Notes under the pieces: model-generated
The model's input: only the letters and a program-made list of their open reading frames with translations
Database searches by the model: none
What the model was told of the DNA's origin: nothing
Shown: in pieces, positions 58,492 to 64,000 of the stretch
How positions within the stretch are numbered: position 1 is the stretch's first letter
Layout of the letters: each line of letters begins with the position of its first letter
Assembly (NCBI GenBank): GCA_043800065.1
Contig: JAZDNG010000029.1
Coordinates: forward strand, 2,837-66,836
From: Candidatus Omnitrophota bacterium
GTDB taxonomy: Bacteria; Omnitrophota; Gorgyraeia; JAHIPI01
Reading direction: 5' to 3'
Length of the DNA: 64,000 nucleotides
Translations under genes and position numbers: made by a program

Positions 58492-60336
58492 ATGGAAAGA
58501 GAATTAAAAAAAGAGTTAGGCCTCTTAGATATCTTCTCGGTAGCGACCGGCGCTATGATAAGTTCCGGCTTATTCATACTTCCGGGATTAGCCTTCGCCA
58601 TGGCCGGGCCGGCCGTCGTCATGTCTTATCTTATAGCGGCAATACTTTGTATTCCAACTCTTCTCAGTAAAGCGGAATTGACTACGGCTATGCCGAAGGC
58701 GGGCGGCGATTATTTTTATATAATGCGTGGATTCGGACCTCTCTTTGGGACTATAGCCGGTTTTAGCGCCTGGTTTTCCCTCAGCATGAAAGGGGCATTT
58801 GCGCTTATAGGCATGGGCGCGTATTTGAGCATATTTACCCACCTTTCGTTATCTACAGTTGCGCTTATTTGCTGCTTATCCTTTATCCTTATTAATTTAA
58901 TCAGTGTAAAAGAAGCGGGAAAGTTTCAGGTCTTTTTGGTAATAGGCCTTTTGGCCATACTCATCGCTTATGTGATTTTCGGCCTGAGAATATCCAATGC
59001 TTCCAATTTCTCGCCGTTTTTTTCCAAAGGACTCGGATCCGTATTTGCGACAGCAAGTTTTGTCTTTATATCTTACGGCGGGCTTACCAAAATCGCGGCG
59101 CTTGCCGAAGAGACAAAAGATCCCGGCCGAAACTTGCCTTTGGGCATAATCCTTTCACTTAGCGTGACGGCTGTTTTGTATGCGTTGGTAATCTTTGTTA
59201 CTATAGGAGTGCTCGATCCCGCAAATCTGAAAGAAACCCTTACGCCAATTTCTGACGGCGCAAAAGTGATAGGCGGGGATATTTTTACTCTCGTAATAAG
59301 CATAGGCGCATTTTTGGCGTTTATTTCTACCGCCAATGCGGCTATTATGACGGCTTCAAGATATCCTTTGGGCATGAGCCGGGACAATCTTCTCCCGTCC
59401 ATATTTCAAAAGGTCCTCCCTAAATTCAAAACACCGTATATCTCCATTCTTGTCACCGGGCTTTTTATGATAGCGGCTATATTATTCCTGAAACTGGAGC
59501 TTTTAGTGAAGATCGCATCTAGTATATTGATATTACTTTTTATTTTCGCCAATCTAACGCTTATTCTTTTTAGGGAGAGTAAGATCTCGAGCTACAGGCC
59601 TAAATTTTATTCACCGTTTTATCCTTACATGCAAATCGCGGGCATACTGGGCGGGATCTTTCTTTTGATGGAAATGGGGACATTTATTGTGTTTCTGACG
59701 ATGCTATTTGTTTTTTTGGGATTTGTTTGGTACAAGGTGTACGCGCAGAAAAATACCTCTCAGGATTCGGCGCTCATATATGTCCTGGAGCGCCTGGTAG
59801 CAAGCGATAGAGAGCTCGCGTCGGAAAACCTTCTTACCGAACTGAAGGATATAGTTATCCAGAGAGACGATATTATAAAAGATAGATTTCATAAGCTTGT
59901 GGAGGGCGCCAAGGTCATCGACATAGGCGAGGTCACCACCGCGGAAGATTTTTTCCGGGATATATCGGTTGTTTTGGGCAAAGACCTTGGTCTGGATCCT
60001 CAGATATTATGCAAAAGGTTCATCGCAAGAGAAGAAGAAGTGAGCACCGTAATAAAGAAGGGCCTCGCCATTCCGCACATAGTCGTTGAAGGCAAAAATA
60101 TCGCGAGGATTATTCTCGTAAGGTCGAAGAAAGGTATAGTCTTCTCTCATGATGAAATCGTGCATATTGTATTTGTTATCGCGGGTTCCGCTGATTGCCG
60201 GATGCTTCACCTCAAAATTTTGGCCGCAATCGCGGAGATTGCCCAGGGTGCTGAGTTTGGCAAAAGATGGATGGATGCGCCGAACGAAGACGGATTGAGG
60301 AGCATAGTCCTTTTGGCAAAAAGAAGAAGGGGGTAA
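58492..60336 (+). CDS. APC amino-acid permease fused to a C-terminal PTS EIIA (Ntr/Fru-like) domain
   Basis: 'GAMISSGLF', 'AEL..AMP.AGG', 'AEE..DP'; C-terminal 'REE..ST....LAIPH'. Confidence 0.85.
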   Translation: MERELKKELGLLDIFSVATGAMISSGLFILPGLAFAMAGPAVVMSYLIAAILCIPTLLSKAELTTAMPKAGGDYFYIMRGFGPLFGTIAGFSAWFSLSMKGAFALIGMGAYLSIFTHLSLSTVALICCLSFILINLISVKEAGKFQVFLVIGLLAILIAYVIFGLRISNASNFSPFFSKGLGSVFATASFVFISYGGLTKIAALAEETKDPGRNLPLGIILSLSVTAVLYALVIFVTIGVLDPANLKETLTPISDGAKVIGGDIFTLVISIGAFLAFISTANAAIMTASRYPLGMSRDNLLPSIFQKVLPKFKTPYISILVTGLFMIAAILFLKLELLVKIASSILILLFIFANLTLILFRESKISSYRPKFYSPFYPYMQIAGILGGIFLLMEMGTFIVFLTMLFVFLGFVWYKVYAQKNTSQDSALIYVLERLVASDRELASENLLTELKDIVIQRDDIIKDRFHKLVEGAKVIDIGEVTTAEDFFRDISVVLGKDLGLDPQILCKRFIAREEEVSTVIKKGLAIPHIVVEGKNIARIILVRSKKGIVFSHDEIVHIVFVIAGSADCRMLHLKILAAIAEIAQGAEFGKRWMDAPNEDGLRSIVLLAKRRRG

Positions 60337-60342
60337 TTAATC

Positions 60343-60741
60343 ATGATTAGCGCTAAGATATTGGTGGTGGATGATGAACCCGTTATTCTGGAGATGCTGA
60401 CGCTTAGATTGAAGAAAAATGGTTATGAGGTAATAACCGCTATAGATAGGGAGTAATGCCTCAGAAGAGCCGAAAAAGAGTCACCTGACCTAATCATACT
60501 GGATGCTCTCATGCCGGGTTTGAGCGGATTTGAGGTATGCAAACGTTTAAAAGCAAGCGACAATACCAGGGGCATTCCAGTTATAATGCTTACGGCCTTA
60601 GGGGGCGATAAAGAATTATCCGAAGGACTCGAGGACGGCGCAGAGTGTTTTATCACCAAGCCATTCAACCCCGTAGATCTGTTGAGCGAGATCAAGATCG
60701 CGCTGGATAAGAAGGAAAAGCGGAAGACCAATATAACTTGA
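60343..60741 (+). pseudogene. Single-domain response regulator with internal nonsense codon
   Basis: MISAKILVVDDE...IDRE*CLRRAEKESPDLIILD..MP...MLTA...KPF; in-frame TAA at 60454-60456. Confidence 0.8.
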
Positions 60742-60760
60742 GATAGAAGTTATCCAAAAA

Positions 60761-60786
60761 GTAGCGGACGTTTAAACGTCCGCTAC
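60761..60786. repeat. GTAG-family REP-like perfect palindrome
   Basis: GTAGCGGACGTTTAAACGTCCGCTAC. Confidence 0.7.
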
Positions 60787-60806
60787 AGCTACCACTAAGA
60801 ATTTCC

Positions 60807-60835
60807 TTTACACCCTGCCGCAAATTAAGTATAAT
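60807..60835 (+). promoter_or_regulatory. Sigma70-type promoter for the tRNA cluster
   Basis: TTTACA-17 nt-TATAAT. Confidence 0.6.
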
Positions 60836-60869
60836 AATGAGACAATTTTGCGATGTGATATACTTCTGG

Positions 60870-60913
60870 GTCCGCCTTCGCCATATTGCTTTCGTGTGCG
60901 GCTACGGCGGGAC
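60870..60913. repeat. CCGCCTTCGCC...GGCTACGGCGG hairpin repeat
   Basis: GTCCGCC-TTC-GCC...GGC-TAC-GGCGGGAC imperfect stem. Confidence 0.55.
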
Positions 60914-60928
60914 GCCGCCAGATAGGAA

Positions 60929-61020
60929 ATAGCTGGGCTCGTAGCTTCCCGCCTACACACTAGCGTGTTCGGCGGGACCCCGCAGAGGAGCGAAGCGACG
61001 CATGCGGGGCAATTGGTTAG
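60929..61020 (+). pseudogene. Duplicated tRNA-Ile 5' fragment interrupted by a 63-nt insertion
   Basis: ATAGCT-GGGCTCGTAGCT [60947-61009] CAATTGGTTAG equals 61090-61118 once the insert is removed. Confidence 0.85.
60947..61009 (+). mobile_element. Double-hairpin insertion element, copy 1
   Basis: TCCCGCC...GGCGGGA-CCCCGCAGAG...GACGCATGCGGGG; same ends as 63812-63893. Confidence 0.8.
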
Positions 61021-61095
61021 TTCATCAGTATCTTCGAACTAATCTAAAGCATGAAAAATGGCATCTGCTGCTACGGCAAACAAATTATTATAGCT

Positions 61096-61172
61096 GGGCT
61101 CGTAGCTCAATTGGTTAGAGCATTTGACTCATAATCAAAGGGTTCCTGGTTCAAGTCCAGGCGGGCCCACCA
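61096..61172 (+). tRNA. tRNA-Ile2 (CAT anticodon, lysidine type); elongator Met less likely
   Basis: GGGCTCG/CGGGCCC acceptor, TTTGA-CT-CAT-AA-TCAAA anticodon arm, CTGGTTCAAGTCCAG T-arm resembling ileX-type tRNAs, encoded CCA. Confidence 0.9.
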
Positions 61173-61177
61173 ACTTT

Positions 61178-62233
61178 ATGCTATTTAATCCAAAATACAC
61201 AATTACCGACGAAATCTTAAATAACCTCACGGCTATTGCAACTGCGCGCGAAGTTATTGAGCAGGCATATTTAGTTCCTAAGTGGGAAGCGAAGCTAAGG
61301 CGCCAGACATTACTGCGCAATACCCATTCATCAACTGCCATTGAAGGCAATAAATTAAGCCTTGAGCAGGTCGAAGCATTAGCGGATGGCAAAGATATTA
61401 TCGCTACAAACAAAGATAAGCAGGAAGTTTTAAATTATATAGAAGCGTTAGAAAAAGTTCCTACCCTTACCGAAAAAGGGAAGATAAAGGCAGCAGATTT
61501 GTTAAATATCCATCGGATAATAACCAAAAACGTTATGCAGAATTCTACTGATTCGGGGGTATTTAGAAACAGACAAGTTTTCGTCGGCAAGAGGGTTTTT
61601 GATGGCACCGGCTTCAAAGAGGAAGTAGAATATATGCCGCCTAAAACAGAAGAAGTGCCGCAACTAGTCGAAGAATTCATAGACTGGCTGAACTTTGATA
61701 AGACATGGGGGATCAATCCTGTTTTATTAGCCGGCATAGTACATTATGAAATAGCAAGAATCCATCCTTTTGTTGATGGAAATGGCCGCACCGCAAGATT
61801 ATTTGCCACGCTTATTTTATACTTAAGCGGTTTTGACCACAGAAGGATATTTGCTCTCGATGATTATTATGACAGGGATAGGTATACATATTACGCGGCA
61901 TTGAAAACCGCTCAGCAGAATAACGGCGATATTACTCAGTGGCTCGAATATTTTACGACCGGAGTAGCGTATTCTGTCAACGAAGCAAAGGAAGCCGTCT
62001 TAAAAGTAGGCACTAAAAAGAAGGCCGGACAAAAAGCGCAACTTGCTCTTACGTCAAAGCAAATGAAAATTGTTGAATATATCAATATTAATGGCAAAGC
62101 AACTAATAAGGATTTGCAGGGATTATTTAAGATCTCTGCCCAAGCAGTTCACAAAGATTTGACTAAACTTGTAGAGCTTAAAGTGATAAAACCCGTAGGA
62201 AAAGGCAGAGCGCTGCATTACGTTTTGACATAA
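61178..62233 (+). CDS. Fic family protein with C-terminal wHTH
   Basis: Active-site 'HPFVDGNGRTAR', N-terminal inhibitory 'STAIEGN', C-terminal HTH. Confidence 0.92.
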   Translation: MLFNPKYTITDEILNNLTAIATAREVIEQAYLVPKWEAKLRRQTLLRNTHSSTAIEGNKLSLEQVEALADGKDIIATNKDKQEVLNYIEALEKVPTLTEKGKIKAADLLNIHRIITKNVMQNSTDSGVFRNRQVFVGKRVFDGTGFKEEVEYMPPKTEEVPQLVEEFIDWLNFDKTWGINPVLLAGIVHYEIARIHPFVDGNGRTARLFATLILYLSGFDHRRIFALDDYYDRDRYTYYAALKTAQQNNGDITQWLEYFTTGVAYSVNEAKEAVLKVGTKKKAGQKAQLALTSKQMKIVEYININGKATNKDLQGLFKISAQAVHKDLTKLVELKVIKPVGKGRALHYVLT

Positions 62234-62236
62234 ATT

Positions 62237-62272
62237 TTGGTTGATGATTTGGTTGATGATTTGGTTGATGAT
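62237..62272 (+). repeat. 3 x 12-bp perfect tandem repeat TTGGTTGATGAT
   Basis: Read directly: 62237-48, 62249-60, 62261-72. Confidence 0.9.
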
Positions 62273-62280
62273 TCCAATAT

Positions 62281-62357
62281 GGGCGGTTGGCGCAGTTGGT
62301 CAGCGCGTGTGCCTCACATGCACAAGGTCGGTGGTTCGAGCCCACTACCGCCCACCA
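62281..62357 (+). tRNA. tRNA-Val(CAC)
   Basis: GGGCGGT/ACCGCCC acceptor, TGTGC-CT-CAC-AT-GCACA anticodon arm, TTCGA T-loop, encoded CCA. Confidence 0.93.
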
Positions 62358-62506
62358 ACTTTTCCGAAGGAAAAGTTGGTCCCGTGACCGCAGGGAATCC
62401 CGTAGGGGCGACCGAAGGGAGTCCCGTTAGGGAGGGAATGCCGAGGCCATCCGGCCGAGGCGAGCAGCGTTAAGTCCGCCGAAGGCGGATAGCTGCAGAG
62501 GGACCA
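62354..62506. repeat. Structured palindromic element in the tRNA-Val trailer
   Basis: ACCAACTTTTCC-GAA-GGAAAAGTTGGT hairpin; TGGTCCC...GGGACCA outer stem; internal TCCGCCGAAGGCGGA hairpin. Confidence 0.6.
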
Positions 62507-62539
62507 CCGAGGCGTTCAGCATCCAAACCATAAGGAAAC

Positions 62540-63250
62540 ATGGCAATAGCGGAACTTTTGAATAATCTAATAGAACTACAGGCGATTGACAAAGAGATTT
62601 ATGACTGCAAAAGACAGCTTCAAGAGGTTCCGACGACCATAAAGGGGCTCGAACTGGAGATGGAAACTGCCTCAGCCCAGGCAAAGAAAAAAGACGGAGA
62701 ACTTAAGGCATGCCAGCTCAAGCGTAAAGAAAAAGAGATAGATCTGGAGACGAAAGAGAATGGCATTAAGAAACTTCAGGGGCAGCTTTATCAGGTGAAG
62801 ACAAACAACGAATATAACGCGCTGGAAAAAGAGATAGGCGGCTTAAAAGCCGATAAGTCATTGCTGGAAGAGGAGATCCTTGGCATATTCGACAAGGTAG
62901 AGACGGCGGAGAACGAAGTCGCCGAAGCCAAAAAGGCGCTTTTTGAGGAAAAAAATAGGATAGACAGCGAGAAGGTCAAGCTGGAAAGTGCGCGTAAAGA
63001 GACAGAAGTGAAGCTGGCGGAATTTGAGGAGAAGCGTAAGCGCGTACTTCCGATGATAGACAAAGAGACGCTCAGGCGCTACGAACGTATATTGCACGGA
63101 AAAGACGGCATGGCGCTAGTCGTGGTAAAAGGCGAAAATTGCGGCGGCTGCTTTGTGCATCTGCCTCCACAGGTAATAAACGAAATAAGGTTAAAAGAAA
63201 AGATAATCTACTGCGAACGCTGCGCAAGGATGCTTTTTACTGAAGATTAA
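62540..63250 (+). CDS. Coiled-coil protein with C4-type zinc ribbon (DUF164/CT398-like)
   Basis: 'LQ.ID', long coiled coil, 'CGGC...CERCARML'. Confidence 0.88.
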   Translation: MAIAELLNNLIELQAIDKEIYDCKRQLQEVPTTIKGLELEMETASAQAKKKDGELKACQLKRKEKEIDLETKENGIKKLQGQLYQVKTNNEYNALEKEIGGLKADKSLLEEEILGIFDKVETAENEVAEAKKALFEEKNRIDSEKVKLESARKETEVKLAEFEEKRKRVLPMIDKETLRRYERILHGKDGMALVVVKGENCGGCFVHLPPQVINEIRLKEKIIYCERCARMLFTED

Positions 63251-63251
63251 A

Positions 63252-63692
63252 ATGAAAAAAAAGAGTTTAGAGATATCCATATATATAGACGGCGCGGCCA
63301 GAGGGAATCCCGGCCCCGCGGGCGCGGGTATTATCCTTAAAGACGCTAAAAAGACGGTAAGAGAGATCCATAAATATCTCGGAGAAGCGACCAATAATGT
63401 GGCCGAATATAGCGCCGCTATTTTAGGTCTAGAGGAAGCAATCGCGCTCGGATATAAGAATGCCGTGCTTCATATGGACAGCGAGCTGGTGTCTCAGCAG
63501 TTAAAGGGTGAGTACAGGGTAAGGGACGAAAACATGAAGGTGCTTTTCGAAAAGGCCATTCGGCTCATAAACAGTTTTGACAGCGTGAAAATAGTAAAGA
63601 TAGATAGAGAGAATAATAAGGAAGCAGATAAACTTGCCAACAAGGCCATAAATCTTTCAGGCCTTGGCGCGGCAAGTAAAATAATCATATAG
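63252..63692 (+). CDS. rnhA: Ribonuclease HI family protein
   Basis: 'DGAARGNPG', 'TNNVAEY', 'DSELV', 'N.EAD.LAN'. Confidence 0.93.
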   Translation: MKKKSLEISIYIDGAARGNPGPAGAGIILKDAKKTVREIHKYLGEATNNVAEYSAAILGLEEAIALGYKNAVLHMDSELVSQQLKGEYRVRDENMKVLFEKAIRLINSFDSVKIVKIDRENNKEADKLANKAINLSGLGAASKIII

Positions 63693-63704
63693 TTAAGGGC
63701 CCTG

Positions 63705-64000
63705 GTAAGTAAATCGGGCAACCGCCTCCCCGCCATAGGCGGGGGAGAGGAAAGTCCGGGCTCCAAAGAGCAGCGTAGCGGGTAACACCCGTCGGCCGTA
63801 AGGTTAGGATATCCCGCCCTTTTGAGGTAAGTCGGTATGTGCTGATTTTCTCAAAAGGGCGGGACCCCGCAGAGTCGTAAGACGCATGCGGGGAGAGCAA
63901 CAGAGACGAGTCTCCGCCACTGAAAAGTCGGCGGAGGGTGAAACGGGCAATCTCTACGCGGAGCAAGACCAAATAGGTCCTGATTTAGTAGCTGCTCGCT
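63705..64000 (+). ncRNA. rnpB: RNase P RNA (3' end beyond window; 5' end approximate)
   Basis: GAGGAAAGTCCGGGCTCC, P8 GGGTAACACC, P9 GCCGTAAGGT, GCAACAGAGA, GGGTGAAAC, GGAGCAAG.CCAAATAGG. Confidence 0.95.
63812..63893 (+). mobile_element. Double-hairpin insertion element, copy 2, inside rnpB
   Basis: TCCCGCCCTTTTGAG...CTCAAAAGGGCGGGA-CCCCGCAGAGTCGTAAGACGCATGCGGGG between GGATA and AGAGCAACAGAGA. Confidence 0.8.

Noticed and set aside
60454-60456. Stop-codon recoding in the response regulator
   Set aside because: The codon is TAA, which ends many genes here; no SECIS/PYLIS-like context
61124-61177. N-terminal extension of Fic from a TTG at 61124
   Set aside because: Lies inside tRNA-Ile; Fic-like sequence begins at MLFNPKY (61178)
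62237-62473. 78-aa ORF 'MVDDLVDD...' and a possible mini-CRISPR
   Set aside because: The ORF overlaps tRNA-Val and repeat DNA; the 12-bp repeats have no spacers and no cas genes are present
62354-62520. T-box riboswitch suggested by UGGU complementary to ACCA
   Set aside because: No stem I/specifier loop, no full T-box consensus and no terminator U-tract; downstream genes are not amino-acid related
60947-63893. The inserts as group I/II or bulge-helix-bulge introns
   Set aside because: Far too short for self-splicing introns, no GUGYG/AY ends and no evident bulge-helix-bulge at the junctions; RNA-level removal remains untested

Overview
Bacterial chromosomal window of moderate GC. Gene content and the repeat types suggest a PVC-superphylum organism such as Candidatus Omnitrophota; this is an inference, not verified. 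Bases 1-29.2 kb are a surface-glycan locus. A MarR/EPS-type regulator with a clear sigma70 promoter and a duplicated TGTTCA-N5-TGAACA operator heads an operon with (i) a pseudaminic-acid-like module (PseB, PseC, SpsF, PseG fused to an ATP-grasp domain, PseI, tandem GNAT, PIG-L, class III aminotransferase, aldo-keto reductase), (ii) a second ulosonate-like module (SerA-like, HAD, HpcH aldolase, KdsB, Gfo/Idh/MocA, GmhA), (iii) three B12-binding radical SAM enzymes, two orphan GT-B-like proteins, an ABC flippase and a methyltransferase-kinase fusion. Bases 29.2-64 kb are mostly housekeeping genes (rpsO-pnp-dut-ftsK-rodZ-rimO, uvrA, TPR-ExbBD-TonB, rsmE-mtaB, nif3-dnaG-rpoD-secDF, rnhA, rnpB), three tRNAs, a Fic gene and a response-regulator pseudogene. 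The most unusual signal is a dense set of short palindromic, non-autonomous elements. One double-hairpin element (TCCCGCC...GGCGGGA-CCCCGCAGAG...GCATGCGGGG) is inserted without target duplication inside the RNase P RNA gene and inside a duplicated tRNA-Ile 5' fragment. Another palindrome is inserted in-frame in a TonB-like gene, and a two-copy covarying element sits directly on the ribosome-binding sites of two unrelated genes.
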